A stretch of 51,963 nucleotides of DNA from an uncultured Clostridia bacterium (GCA_964536575.1 CAZHXL010000010.1:1-51963); one strand, 5' to 3'; shown: positions 26,267-36,341, counted from the first letter of the stretch. Program-made: numbers and translations. The notes: generated from the sequence alone by a model not told the origin.

Positions 26267-26518
26267 ATGAAGAAAGTTTTTGCCCGAATAGCACTATACT
26301 CAATACTAATAGCTACATTGTTGCTAATGTCTGGGTCACTGGCTAACCCAACTAAAGTGACAGCAAATTACTGCGATGAATACATTACTTATTATGATAG
26401 TCAGTACAGCGTTGTAGTTGGTCGAGAATTTTTAAGCGCGTGTAAAGAAAGTTACCTGGATGGCGAACGAAGCTCTTATGCTAGATATCGAACGAACTGC
26501 TACGCATGGTGTGAATAG
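26267..26518 (+). CDS. Small secreted Cys-rich protein (paralog B)
   Basis: GAGGA RBS and a signal peptide. The mature part YITYYDSQYSVVVGREFLSACKESYLDG...NCYAWCE shares the (T/I)YYD-x6-VG-x-F-x3-C pattern with the upstream ORF. Confidence 0.6.
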   Translation: MKKVFARIALYSILIATLLLMSGSLANPTKVTANYCDEYITYYDSQYSVVVGREFLSACKESYLDGERSSYARYRTNCYAWCE

Positions 26519-26989
26519 GGCTGTCACAATCAATTCCAGATAATTGCCTAAATTCTTATAAAATCTAAAACCTAGCTTGAAACTGTCCTTTTTTAATGTA
26601 AAACAGGGCAGTTTTGAGAGTTTTAACCACCTTACCTATGTCTTGGATTTCCATAACATTATTCCTATAACGCACAATAGCATAGACAATCGGGAATAAA
26701 AGGTTTACCTATAATTTTTTTCCAAAGTAGACACTTATTTCTAGAAGTAACATTTTGCATTTTAGCTTGTTATTATTTAACCTTTATTTGGCTTTTATCA
26801 TTCCCTTAATCTTTCTTTGCCTTTAGCTGCTTAATTCTCCCTTTTTATTTTTCTTGAATTCTATATCTTATTGATTAAACACATTTTACCTTATGCTTAA
26901 AACTCACAACTAGCACATAAGCAAATTTAAACGGAGTATAAAGAGATGTTTGAGTGGCATAAGGTGAAAGGCTTCACCTATGATAAGCA

Positions 26990-27027
26990 TTTTTTAAAAA
27001 GAAAAAGGGAAGAAATTAATTCTTCCC
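26990..27027 (-). terminator. Intrinsic terminator of the 1034-aa surface-protein gene
   Basis: On the minus strand, GGGAAGAA-TTAAT-TTCTTCCC is followed by TTTTTCTTTTTT. It begins ~28 nt after the stop codon. Confidence 0.8.
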
Positions 27028-27054
27028 CTTGAGCAAAAGGCTAGTTAATAACTT

Positions 27055-30000
27055 TTAGTCTTTTCTTACGCCGTAGATCTCTTGTTGAGCCGATACTGGT
27101 TGATTTGCTTTAATGAAATCATCGTCTGTTGAATCAAAAGCCTTAGGCACTCTGTTAGAGTAGTAGTCTTCAGGGTTTATTGTATTTACTTCTTCGCCTA
27201 CAAAAACTGCTGCCTGAGCATTAAAAGTAGCAAGAACTACAGAGTTAGACTCTACGCCATTGGAGATGAGTTTGACTTGATTTGAACCAGTTTTTAGGTT
27301 GAGTTTTTTCTTGCTACCTTTCAAACTAACCAAACTAGTTGATACATTTCTAATAAAGCTAGAAACTTCTTTATTATTAACAAATACTCTGGTGTCTGTA
27401 CCAAAGTTTGCCCCATTGATAGTTAACATGGGTTTAGTATAACCTGCTGATGAAATCGTAGGTTTAGCCGCTTCTACAACTAAAGTAGCAGAAGTTGTAC
27501 GAGTAAGATTACCGCTAATACCTGTAATAGTAACAGCATAAGTGCCTAGAGGAGTGTTACTGTTAGTGACAATTGGCACAGTTGTAGCAGAGCTATTAGC
27601 AGAAGATACATCACTAGTGGCATTTGAAGGTAAACCACTAATGCTTAATAAAACATCACCAGAAAATCCACCAGTACTAGCACGGTTTAGTGTGTAACTA
27701 GCTGTTTCACCAGGGTTTACAGTTAAAGAGCTAGGTGATAATGATAGACTGAAGTCTTGCTGTACGTTTGAGTTAACTACTAATGTAAATACATTTGAAT
27801 CAGCAATGGTAACCCCTGAAGCTTTTCCTGTTACTACAAAATTGTAAATTCCAGCAGGAATACTATTAGTTGTAGTAATATTTAAGCCTACACCACTAGC
27901 AGTAGTGGGATTTTGTGAGTAGCCAAAAGTAAGACCAGGTATTGTTGTACCACTTAGGACTCTTAAACCTAGTTCTACCGCGTCAGTAAAGTTAGTACGA
28001 TTAATAGAAACAGGATAACTTGCTAGTTGTCCTTGAGTTATTGTTGTGGTTACTTGATTTACTTGTAACCCTACTGATTTTGCAATATTAACATTTTGTA
28101 CTGTCAAAATAGCTGATGCTGTTCGAGTTAATCCACCACCAATACCAGTAACAGTAATAGTATAAGTACCTGCTGGCGTATCACTGCTAGTAATAACAGG
28201 TAAAGTTACAGGGAAGCTAAAACTAGTAGGTAGTCCATTAATAGAATTAGAAGGAACGCCGCTAACATTTACCGATACATTACTGGAAAATCCATTGACA
28301 TCGTTACGGCCTAAAGTGAAATTAGCAATTTCACCAGATTTTACGGTTAAAGAGCTAGGTAATATTGAAAGATTAAAATCGGGCTGTGCTACCACTGGTG
28401 ACTTAACTACCAAAGTAAATGCGCTAGAGTCAGGAATGGTAATTCCTGTAGCTCTTCCTGTTAATACAAAGTTATAAGTTCCGGCTGGAGTAATATTAGT
28501 TGTAGCTATATTCAACCCTATATTATTGGCAGTAGTAGGATTTTGCGAATAACTAACGGTAACACCTGGTATAGTAACACCGCTTAACATTGTTAGGTTC
28601 AATGTTACAGGAGCAGCGAAATTGCTACGGTTAAGACCTACAGAGTAATTTGCTATTTGTCCTTGGTTTATTGTTGCTGTTGGTTGGCTTACCTGTATTC
28701 TAACTGATCTTGGAATAGGATTAATATTTTGCACAACTAGAGTAGCAGAAACTGTGCGAATAAAAGTTCCACGAATACCAGTAATAGTAATAGGATAAGT
28801 GCCTAGTGGCGTGTTACCGCTAGTAATAATTGGTAGTGTTACAGGAAAGTTGCTACTACTAGATAAATTAGCAACAGTATCTGAAGGTAAACCGCTAACA
28901 CTTAATGAAATATTGCCAGAGGAGTCTCCACCAATATTAGTGCGGTCTAGTATGAAATTAGCAGTTGCACCAGGTCTTACAGTTAAAGAACCAGGTGATA
29001 GTGATAGGCTAAAGTCTTGTTGCGAAAGTGAACTGACTACTAATGTAAGTACATTAGAGTCAGCAATAGTAATCCCTGGAGCTTTGCCTGTTACTACGAA
29101 ACTATAGCTCTTTATTGGAGTACTTTTAGTTGTAGTAATATTTAGGGTTACACCATTGGCAGTAGTAGGATTTTGTGAGTAACTAAAGGTAAGACCTGGT
29201 ATTGTTTCTCCTCCTACTACTGTCAATCCTAGCTCTATAGAGGGAGTAAAGTTAGTACGATTAATAGAAACAAAGTAACTTGCTGTTTGACCTTGGCCTA
29301 TTGTTGTAGTTGCTTGGCTTACTTGTAAACCTACTGATTTTGTAACATTAACATTTTGTACTGTTAATGTAGTAGAAGCTGTGCGAGTAAGGTTTCCACT
29401 AACACCAGTAACAGTAATAGTATAAGTCCCTGCTGGAGTATTACTGCTAGTGATAATAGGTAGGGTTACAGGAAATTTAATCTTAAGAGGTAGGCCATTG
29501 GTAGCATTAGCAGGAAGCCCACTTACGCTTAATGAGATATTACCTAAAGTTTTATTAGTAGAGTCCAAAGTAAAATTAGCTGTCTCACCAGGTTTTACAG
29601 ACAAGGGATTTGGCGATAATGATAAGGCGAAATCTTGTTGAACGGAACTAACCGCTAAAGTAAGCGGAGTAGAGTCACTAATAGTAATTCCCGAAGCTTT
29701 GCCTGTTATTACAAAATTATAAGTTCCTAATGGAGTTTGCTCTCTAGTAATAATATCTAGTGTGACAATATTGTCAGTAGTAAAGTTTGTAGAGTAGGCA
29801 AAAGTAATACCTGGGGTAGGATTATCATTTAATTCAGTCAACCCTAATTCCACAGGATTAGTAAAATTACTACGATCAATAGATACAGAATAACGGGCTG
29901 TTTGTCCTTTACCAATGGAAGTAGAAGGCGCAGATACTTGGAGCGTAACAGAACTAGATTGGTCAGACACCACAGGATAAATAGAGTTTACTTCCGAAAC

Positions 30001-30159
30001 ATTATTTAAGATGAAAGCAGGACTGTGGTTAGTATTAGCGTTAGCATCTGTAGTGACTGTTGCCACTAGAGCTAGTATAATAGCTAGTATAAATGTAAAG
30101 ATTTGGGTTTTTCTATATAAATAAAAATTCTTAAGTGCTAGGAAATTTTTTTCCTGCAT
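27055..30159 (-). CDS. Repetitive Ig-like-domain cell-surface protein
   Basis: Signal/anchor sequence. Four ~205-aa tandem units, each with two beta-sandwich-like halves (VGLQVSQ.TTTI.QGQ.ASY.VSINRTNF... and QQDFSLSLSP.SLTV.PGETANFTL...TPAGTYTITVTG). A C-terminal IPT-like module follows. Confidence 0.8.
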   Translation of the reverse strand: MQEKNFLALKNFYLYRKTQIFTFILAIILALVATVTTDANANTNHSPAFILNNVSEVNSIYPVVSDQSSSVTLQVSAPSTSIGKGQTARYSVSIDRSNFTNPVELGLTELNDNPTPGITFAYSTNFTTDNIVTLDIITREQTPLGTYNFVITGKASGITISDSTPLTLAVSSVQQDFALSLSPNPLSVKPGETANFTLDSTNKTLGNISLSVSGLPANATNGLPLKIKFPVTLPIITSSNTPAGTYTITVTGVSGNLTRTASTTLTVQNVNVTKSVGLQVSQATTTIGQGQTASYFVSINRTNFTPSIELGLTVVGGETIPGLTFSYSQNPTTANGVTLNITTTKSTPIKSYSFVVTGKAPGITIADSNVLTLVVSSLSQQDFSLSLSPGSLTVRPGATANFILDRTNIGGDSSGNISLSVSGLPSDTVANLSSSSNFPVTLPIITSGNTPLGTYPITITGIRGTFIRTVSATLVVQNINPIPRSVRIQVSQPTATINQGQIANYSVGLNRSNFAAPVTLNLTMLSGVTIPGVTVSYSQNPTTANNIGLNIATTNITPAGTYNFVLTGRATGITIPDSSAFTLVVKSPVVAQPDFNLSILPSSLTVKSGEIANFTLGRNDVNGFSSNVSVNVSGVPSNSINGLPTSFSFPVTLPVITSSDTPAGTYTITVTGIGGGLTRTASAILTVQNVNIAKSVGLQVNQVTTTITQGQLASYPVSINRTNFTDAVELGLRVLSGTTIPGLTFGYSQNPTTASGVGLNITTTNSIPAGIYNFVVTGKASGVTIADSNVFTLVVNSNVQQDFSLSLSPSSLTVNPGETASYTLNRASTGGFSGDVLLSISGLPSNATSDVSSANSSATTVPIVTNSNTPLGTYAVTITGISGNLTRTTSATLVVEAAKPTISSAGYTKPMLTINGANFGTDTRVFVNNKEVSSFIRNVSTSLVSLKGSKKKLNLKTGSNQVKLISNGVESNSVVLATFNAQAAVFVGEEVNTINPEDYYSNRVPKAFDSTDDDFIKANQPVSAQQEIYGVRKD
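27460..29950. repeat. Four tandem ~620-bp coding repeats
   Basis: There is DNA-level similarity between units. For example, ACCAGTAACAGTAATAGTATAAGT(A/C)CCTGCTGG recurs at about 28145 and 29405. Confidence 0.75.
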
Positions 30160-30346
30160 ATTGCCTCCTAAACTACCTCTAAAAATATTTCAACTATTTT
30201 GGTATTGACCAAATATAAATGAATCTCTTCTAATTAATGACGCGCAGGTTATAAAAAAAGCTATCATTAGATTCAGCAAAAATTTTTCTTAAGTCATATG
30301 CAAAAGACATAATGTGTTATTTATAAAAGGTCAGAAAGCTCGCTCG

Positions 30347-30379
30347 CCTTAGGGGAAAATATTCGTTTTTCCCCTAAGG
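30347..30379 (-). terminator. Strong hairpin downstream of the mazF-like operon
   Basis: Perfect 13-bp stem CCTTAGGGGAAAA / TTTTCCCCTAAGG with a 7-nt loop. No obvious U-tract on the minus strand. Confidence 0.45.
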
Positions 30380-30445
30380 CATTGCTTGTGCGCTTAAGAA
30401 AACCTCTGCTCAGACCCCAAGGGCTAGCATTAGGGAAGAGAAAAA

Positions 30446-30772
30446 CTAAGTAGCAATAGCGAGTTTAAGTTTGATTTGTATTTGCTGCCAATCTCTATCA
30501 GAAAGATGGCCAATAAGAGTAGTGTTAGAAATAAGAAAGGTGGAAAGATAAGGTCTAAAAGCAGTAGGAGAATGAAGACCAGCCAAATTCCAATCTTGCA
30601 AAACATGATCAGTAGAACAAGTAGCCAAAGAAAGGTTAGTAGTCAAAACAGCTAAAACAACATCAATGCGTTCTTTGTGATAAAGCTCAGTGGAAACAAC
30701 AACGGTAGGTCTACGTTTAGTTGAAGCAGCACCTAGAAAATCTACAGTAATAATATCACCTGGTTTGAGCAT
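30446..30772 (-). CDS. mazF: PemK/MazF-family toxin (full length)
   Basis: 108 aa. The N-terminus MLKPGDIITVDFLGAASTKRRPTVVVS fits the family, and a small antitoxin ORF precedes it. Confidence 0.75.
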   Translation of the reverse strand: MLKPGDIITVDFLGAASTKRRPTVVVSTELYHKERIDVVLAVLTTNLSLATCSTDHVLQDWNLAGLHSPTAFRPYLSTFLISNTTLIGHLSDRDWQQIQIKLKLAIAT

Positions 30773-30798
30773 TGTAAAAGCAAAACCTCCATTAAAAA

Positions 30799-30999
30799 TT
30801 ATTCCTGGTCATCAAAATAATTAAGAGAAGCATTAGAGAAATCTGCCAAATCTTCATCAGTCCATTCAGTACTATAATCTATGTTAGATTGATATTTAGT
30901 TTTAAGGAACAAAGCAAAATCTTTTACCTCATCAACCTTATCTTTAGGAAGAGTTCTTAGTAAGGTTAGAATTTCAGTTTCTTGGGTAGTAGTAAGCAT
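30799..30999 (-). CDS. Antitoxin (DUF2281-like)
   Basis: 66 aa from ATG 30999 (AAGGA upstream; the ORF track extends to 31062). The LLRTLPKDKVDEVKDFALFLK motif and acidic C-terminus are typical of antitoxins paired with PemK/PIN toxins. Confidence 0.6.
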   Translation of the reverse strand: MLTTTQETEILTLLRTLPKDKVDEVKDFALFLKTKYQSNIDYSTEWTDEDLADFSNASLNYFDDQE

Positions 31000-31309
31000 A
31001 GTTATATCCTTGGGGTAGTGCACAAAATGTAATGCTGAGAATTTGAAAAATATATACCACAATAGCTTAATAAACCAATAGTTTCCATCACTTTTTATTT
31101 GCTTTGTGGCATTACATTTTTAGCACTATCAGTAATGGTCAATTCACTTTTATGGGGCAAGATTAGCAACTCTAAGATATTTATTACAAATCAGGCCAAC
31201 AATTTGTGTGATGGAACTTTTAAATTTTTAGTAGCGTTTTTTCTGTAGAAATCCTATATTACCAATTATATACACAAACTTTCCTAATCATATTTTTCTA
31301 GGAGGCTTA

Positions 31310-32965
31310 ATGAAGGCAAAGTCCGTTATTGGAGCATTTTTCTTTATTCTTTTTAGTTTTGCGTTGGTTTTAGCCCAACAAACTATTATTACAGGAAAAC
31401 TAGTTGGCAGTGATGGTAAAACAATGCCAAAAGCACATGTTCACTTGAAAAGTAGTGACCCAAAAATACCTGCGCTTTCTTCTTTAGAAGTAGATAAAGA
31501 TGGTGGTTATAAAATAACTGTTAATGCTGGTGGATTGCTAATTGTAGAGTTTACGGGCGTTAATCATCAGCGTAAGTATGTACCAGTGTTTGTTGAAACA
31601 GATGCAAATATAAAACTTAATGTCAAACTTGCTGCTAATGAATACAACACCGAATTTACAGATTTAACGCTAATAGATGATTTTAAGAATATTAACCCTA
31701 CCACTGGAAAAAACTTTCAAAAACAGGCTGATGGTACTTATTTAGTGGAGTTTGAGACAAAAAAAGATACTGTTGAATATGAAATTTTTGGCTTAGAAAA
31801 AAATAGTAGAATTATTAATGGTACACAATCAGATGATTATATTTATGATGGTGATGGTGATTATCGCTCTATTGTCAGGGCTAAAGAGGGTAAGGTGCGA
31901 GTGGTTTTTGATCCTAAAAAGCTAATACGTGCTAGCACAAAGGCTGAAGCAGCTTTTGATGAAAAAAATCCTAGACTAGCCGCTTTTGCTGAGATTTATG
32001 ATGGTATGGAAGCTAGAGAACGAGAGCTAGACCAAAAAATATCATCTGCAATGCAGAAAGGTAAGAACCCTCAAGAAATCTTACAAGAATTTACTGAGGC
32101 GGATAAAGCTAAAGCCGTAAAAGCAAAAATTGGCCAGGAAAAAGATCCTTTTCTACGACAAGTGTTGATTTTGGACTATTTCAGTTACTACGAGCAGGAA
32201 AAAAAAGATGAAAATTTGGCTTTATTAGCAATGGATGAAATTCCTGCTAACTCGGCTCTTTGGGCATTGCGACCTTACTTGATTAACTTGGTGTTGGGTT
32301 CTAGTAAGCGCAAAGAAAAAACCGAAGCTTATTTTGAAAAGTTCTTAGCAGAAAATAAAAATGATGACTTAAAAGCACAAGCTTTACTTGGAGCAATACA
32401 AGAGCTAAAGGTAGAGCAAAAGGATGATAAAGTAAAACAGTACTTAAGCCTTTTAGAAAAAAATTATCCTAATACTCAAGCTGCTAGGGTTGCTAAGATG
32501 CAATTTTCTGGAGATGAAAATATAAAAGTTGGTGTACCAGTACCAGAATTTTCGGTTTTGGCATTAGGAGAGTCTCAAAAAAATTACAGTAGCGAGTCAA
32601 TGAAAGGGAAATACTACTTAATCGATTTTTGGGCTACCTGGTGTGGGCCTTGCGTAGGAGAAATGCCAGAACTGCATAAAGTTTATGATAAATTTAAGGG
32701 GAATAACTTTGAGATTCTAAGTTTATCTTTTGATGAAAGCCCAGACGATATAAAAGTCTTTAGAGAGGCAAAGTGGAAAATGCCTTGGCTGCACACTTTT
32801 GTAGAAAATGGTTTTCGTTCTGATTTAGCAAAACGTTTTGGAGTTTTTGGTATTCCAAAACCAATCCTAGTTGACCCTACAGGTAAGATTGTTGCTAGTC
32901 AAGGGCAATTACGTGGGGGTAATCTAGAAAAAACTTTAGCCAAAGTTTTAGGTCAAGCACAATAA
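31310..32965 (+). CDS. TlpA/ResA-like thiol-disulfide oxidoreductase with N-terminal carboxypeptidase-regulatory-like domain
   Basis: AGGAGG RBS and signal peptide. C-terminal thioredoxin fold with YYLIDFWATWCGPCVGEMPEL. N-terminal ITGKLVGSDGKTMPKAHVHLK beta-sandwich signature. Confidence 0.85.
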   Translation: MKAKSVIGAFFFILFSFALVLAQQTIITGKLVGSDGKTMPKAHVHLKSSDPKIPALSSLEVDKDGGYKITVNAGGLLIVEFTGVNHQRKYVPVFVETDANIKLNVKLAANEYNTEFTDLTLIDDFKNINPTTGKNFQKQADGTYLVEFETKKDTVEYEIFGLEKNSRIINGTQSDDYIYDGDGDYRSIVRAKEGKVRVVFDPKKLIRASTKAEAAFDEKNPRLAAFAEIYDGMEARERELDQKISSAMQKGKNPQEILQEFTEADKAKAVKAKIGQEKDPFLRQVLILDYFSYYEQEKKDENLALLAMDEIPANSALWALRPYLINLVLGSSKRKEKTEAYFEKFLAENKNDDLKAQALLGAIQELKVEQKDDKVKQYLSLLEKNYPNTQAARVAKMQFSGDENIKVGVPVPEFSVLALGESQKNYSSESMKGKYYLIDFWATWCGPCVGEMPELHKVYDKFKGNNFEILSLSFDESPDDIKVFREAKWKMPWLHTFVENGFRSDLAKRFGVFGIPKPILVDPTGKIVASQGQLRGGNLEKTLAKVLGQAQ

Positions 32966-33286
32966 GAGCTAAATAGTAATGTTGCAACAATGTTAGTAGA
33001 CTGGAATTAAAATCTAATGTCTTTGTAACATATTGATGGAGGCTTACTTAGTAATAGAGAGTATAGGTTTAATTGAACTTACCAACGCTTTTGTAACACT
33101 ACCAAATATTTCCCCAGATTTTTCCGGGTTTTCTAATTCTTACCTGTAATTTTTTCCTAGATTAGTCACTCTAGTGTGTAAGGGCAAAATAAGTGTATTA
33201 ACGCTTTTTGTCCTTACCTTAACTAATAGTTCGACACCCTAAAATTCGTGATTTCAATTTTTCAATTCACATAAAAGGAAAAGTAC

Positions 33287-33838
33287 ATGTCTAAAAAACT
33301 CTTAATTAAAAATGTAAAAAAGATGAAAAATCTTCTGCCTATTCTATTTGCTTGTTTCATGTTTTTGTTAAGCCCACAACTAACTAACGCACAAACAAAC
33401 ATAGTGCAAAATAGTGGATTTGAACAAGGACAAGCTTTTTGGGTGTTCTCACCTACATCTACGGTATCTTATGGTGATGGATGTTTTGGAGCACAACGTG
33501 CTAATGCTGAACTAGTTCCCAATAGTAGTAATATTACACCTGAAATCTCTCAAAATATCACAATACCAAGTTCAGGGATAAGCCAACTTGCACTTTCCAT
33601 TAAATCTGATGTTTTTTCGTCTAGTGGACAAGTTATAGTTGAATTTAAAGCAGGGTCAGTTTTAATCGCAAGCGTGACTTTTGGTACTGCTGGTCAGTTT
33701 GGTTGTACGGAAAGATTTGCCACCCTCCCCGCGGCAAACTTTGATTCTTATCGTAATCAAAATGTTACATTAAATATTCGTACAGCTAACACAAGTGGAT
33801 CACCTGTATACCATATTGATAGAGTTCGAGTGTTTTAG
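33287..33838 (+). CDS. Secreted hypothetical protein (CBM/galactose-binding-like by eye)
   Basis: Signal peptide. The mature N-terminus NIVQNSGFEQGQAFW resembles the start of CBM4_9-type jelly rolls. This is weak. Confidence 0.5.
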   Translation: MSKKLLIKNVKKMKNLLPILFACFMFLLSPQLTNAQTNIVQNSGFEQGQAFWVFSPTSTVSYGDGCFGAQRANAELVPNSSNITPEISQNITIPSSGISQLALSIKSDVFSSSGQVIVEFKAGSVLIASVTFGTAGQFGCTERFATLPAANFDSYRNQNVTLNIRTANTSGSPVYHIDRVRVF

Positions 33839-33852
33839 CGTTAATTATTGCT

Positions 33853-33891
33853 TAGATATAAGTCTTCGGTTTTACTGAGGTCTTATATCTA
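33853..33891. terminator. Hairpin between convergent genes
   Basis: 12-bp stem TAGATATAAGTC / GTCTTATATCTA (1 mismatch) with a 15-nt loop, lying between the stop codons at 33838 and 34005. Confidence 0.4.
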
Positions 33892-34004
33892 GCACTAATA
33901 ATTTTATTCCCAAAAGAATAATGGTATTAAATTTGGGAAACAGAACTTTAAACCATATTTAAAACTACCTAAAACCACAGGGTTCTTGAGGAAGAATTGT
34001 AATA

Positions 34005-35702
34005 TTAATCAACCGTAACCCCATAACTATTTAGTAATGCTATTAGCCCAGCGGCAAAGCCCTGTCCAATGGCCTTAAATTTCCATTCACCTTTATATAA
34101 ATAAACCTCTCCTAAAATCAGTACTGTTTCGCTGCCTCGGTTTGTATAAAGATAATTTGTTAATTCTTTTCCATCTTGAGGGTTTATCACTCTTAACCAA
34201 ACAAAAGGCACAGCTTGGAAGGTTTGTCGGCGGGTTTCAGCTTCGTAAATCATTACAGAAAAAACTAATTTGGTAATGTTAGAAGGTATTTTAGTAAAAT
34301 TTAGAGAAAGTATTTCATTATCAAGTAAAGAGCCATCGCCACCTAAATGCTTAACTGCTCCACAAGAAGAAATAGGCGTATTGTAATAAATAAAGTCTTC
34401 ATCACTGCGTACATTTCCATTTGGAGTAGTTAAAATTACACTACCATTTAGCTCTAGGTTTGGACTAGTGCTTTCCCAACCTAAATGGACTTCTAATTTT
34501 TTTAACTCAGTAACAAGTTTAGATAAAGAAACATTAGCTCCGGCTGATAATGTGTTTTGATTAGGTAAACTGGTATTTGCTCGTTTAATAGAATTAGTTG
34601 TAGGGTTAGTTGTTTGATTACTTGTTTGTTGAGATGTGGGGCTATCAAACCAAATGTTGGTTTTAGGTTCAGTCGTTGAGTTAGCTACTTTATTTTCCTC
34701 TGTAAACCAAATGTCTTTTTTTTCAGGGGTAGAAGGTTTAGTGGGTTGATTATCAAACCAAACATCTTTTTTTTGAGCAGGAGCAGGGGGGGGAGTTTCT
34801 GCAAACCATGGGTCTTGTTTGGGTTTTGGTGGATCAAAGCGGTTTCTTATCTCTTTCATTTGTTGTTCGGCTACGGCTTTGTTTTCTAATCGGCTTAGCT
34901 CGTCTATTACTGGAGTAGGATGGTTTATAGGTGAGGAAGCAATAACAGGAGGATTATTAGGAGACGGCCTAGGATAACCTTGTAGTTCGGCTTGGGCTTC
35001 AGCTAATGCTTCGGCTTGCATTAAGTTTTTTTCTATCCGCTCTAGCTCGCTTTCCATATTGCCAGATTTTCCATGGACAGCATTATTCATTTTTTCTTGA
35101 ATTTGTAGCGAACGTTGACGGCTAATTAATAAATCTCGGTTGCGTTTAGCTTCTGCACGTTTATTAACTAAGGCTTGTAATTGTTCTTTAACCTGATTTG
35201 AGACACTTTGTTGTGAATCTATTTGGTTTTGGTATTCTGTAACCATTTGTTCATATTCTTGTTTACGAACTAGTGCATCTCTAGCTATATCATCACGCCC
35301 TGTTAAAATGGCTCTTTCAGCCCGATCTTTCCATTCTTTAACCCGTTCTAGTGTTGATGCTTTTTCTTGATAAAGTTTGTTTTCAATACTAGTAAATTCA
35401 GCTACATAAACACGAGCTTCTTCGATAGCTTGATCAATTTCTTTGATCATTTTATCAAAGATTTTTTCAGTTTCTGCTATTTGCTCATTAGAGGGAAGTT
35501 GTGGCGTTTGTGGTTTATTAGCAGGTTGACTAGTTGAACCACCCATTCCAAAAGCTCTACTAGCTCGATCACGCGCCTGGTCTATAGTGCGGTCAATACC
35601 ACCAAGAACTGAGCTAAAATTTCTTTCAAGGTCTCTTGTTTGTTCACGGGTATTACCCGTTTTTGCTTTCAAAATATTTGAAATTCTATCAAATATTCCC
35701 AT
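34005..35702 (-). CDS. PspA/IM30-domain protein fused to a C-terminal TerD domain
   Basis: ATG 35702 is preceded by AGGAGG (the track starts at 35723).
- N-terminus: MGIFDRISNILKAK plus a coiled-coil region (VKEWKDRAERAILTGRDDIARDALVRKQEY...) match PspA.
- Linker: Pro-rich, with four (D/N)xWF motifs.
- C-terminal ~170 aa: LEVHLGWES...DEDFIYYN...KLVFSVMIYEA...GEWKFKAIGQGFAAGLIALLNSYGV is a TerD domain. Confidence 0.85.
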   Translation of the reverse strand: MGIFDRISNILKAKTGNTREQTRDLERNFSSVLGGIDRTIDQARDRASRAFGMGGSTSQPANKPQTPQLPSNEQIAETEKIFDKMIKEIDQAIEEARVYVAEFTSIENKLYQEKASTLERVKEWKDRAERAILTGRDDIARDALVRKQEYEQMVTEYQNQIDSQQSVSNQVKEQLQALVNKRAEAKRNRDLLISRQRSLQIQEKMNNAVHGKSGNMESELERIEKNLMQAEALAEAQAELQGYPRPSPNNPPVIASSPINHPTPVIDELSRLENKAVAEQQMKEIRNRFDPPKPKQDPWFAETPPPAPAQKKDVWFDNQPTKPSTPEKKDIWFTEENKVANSTTEPKTNIWFDSPTSQQTSNQTTNPTTNSIKRANTSLPNQNTLSAGANVSLSKLVTELKKLEVHLGWESTSPNLELNGSVILTTPNGNVRSDEDFIYYNTPISSCGAVKHLGGDGSLLDNEILSLNFTKIPSNITKLVFSVMIYEAETRRQTFQAVPFVWLRVINPQDGKELTNYLYTNRGSETVLILGEVYLYKGEWKFKAIGQGFAAGLIALLNSYGVTVD

Positions 35703-35759
35703 ATTTCCTCCTAGCAACACCAAACAAAAGACCTTGAAGCGAAACTTAAATATAAACCT

Positions 35760-36341
35760 CTATAGTAATGATTGTATTACAGGAAGTAGGTCTCTAAAAG
35801 TAGTTCCATTCGTACCTTCTCCTATTGCGTGCATTTTCCATTCACCATCGTGGCGATAGAGTTTTACCATTACTTGAGCAGTGTTGTTTGCACCACCACT
35901 AAGATTATATCTAGCAACCTCTTCACCATTGGCTTGATTAACTATTCTACAAAAAGCATTGTTAATTGACGCAAAAGTTTGACCTGAGAAACTGCTAATA
36001 GTAAATACTAGATATTTTACATTTGCTGGTACAGTAGATAAATTAACAAATATTTGTTCATCATCGCCTGCACCAGACCCATCGCGGTTATCTCCGCTAT
36101 GTTTGATGCTACCATCTAGGCTATTAAGTTGACGAAACCAAATAGAGTCAATCATATGCTTGCTTTCATCAAACATAATACAAGAAGCGTCTAGGTCTAT
36201 ATCTTCATTACTAGAAAGAAAAGACATCCAACCGCTTTTCTTTTTCTGATCCCAACCTAGTCCCATTACTACTTTAGATAGTTTCTGACCAGAATCTTTT
36301 TCTAAAGATATTTTTTGTCCTTTTGATAAATTTATTGGCAT
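35760..36341 (-). CDS. TerD-family protein (TerZ/TerD-like)
   Basis: MPINLSKGQKISL...GLGWD...HSGDNRDGSGAGDDEQIFVNL...GEWKMHAIGEG, with GGAGG upstream. Confidence 0.9.
   Translation of the reverse strand: MPINLSKGQKISLEKDSGQKLSKVVMGLGWDQKKKSGWMSFLSSNEDIDLDASCIMFDESKHMIDSIWFRQLNSLDGSIKHSGDNRDGSGAGDDEQIFVNLSTVPANVKYLVFTISSFSGQTFASINNAFCRIVNQANGEEVARYNLSGGANNTAQVMVKLYRHDGEWKMHAIGEGTNGTTFRDLLPVIQSLL

Noticed and set aside
26037-26303. 88-aa minus-strand ORF.
   Set aside because: It is antisense to both small secreted-protein ORFs, which have strong RBSs and signal peptides.
28295-29641. Plus-strand ORFs 28295-28477, 28799-29107 and 29450-29641.
   Set aside because: They are antisense repeat artefacts within the 1034-aa Ig-repeat gene, and they recur with the repeat period.
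35587-35859. 90-aa plus-strand ORF spanning the pspA::terD start and the terD-like gene end.
   Set aside because: It is antisense to two well-supported genes.
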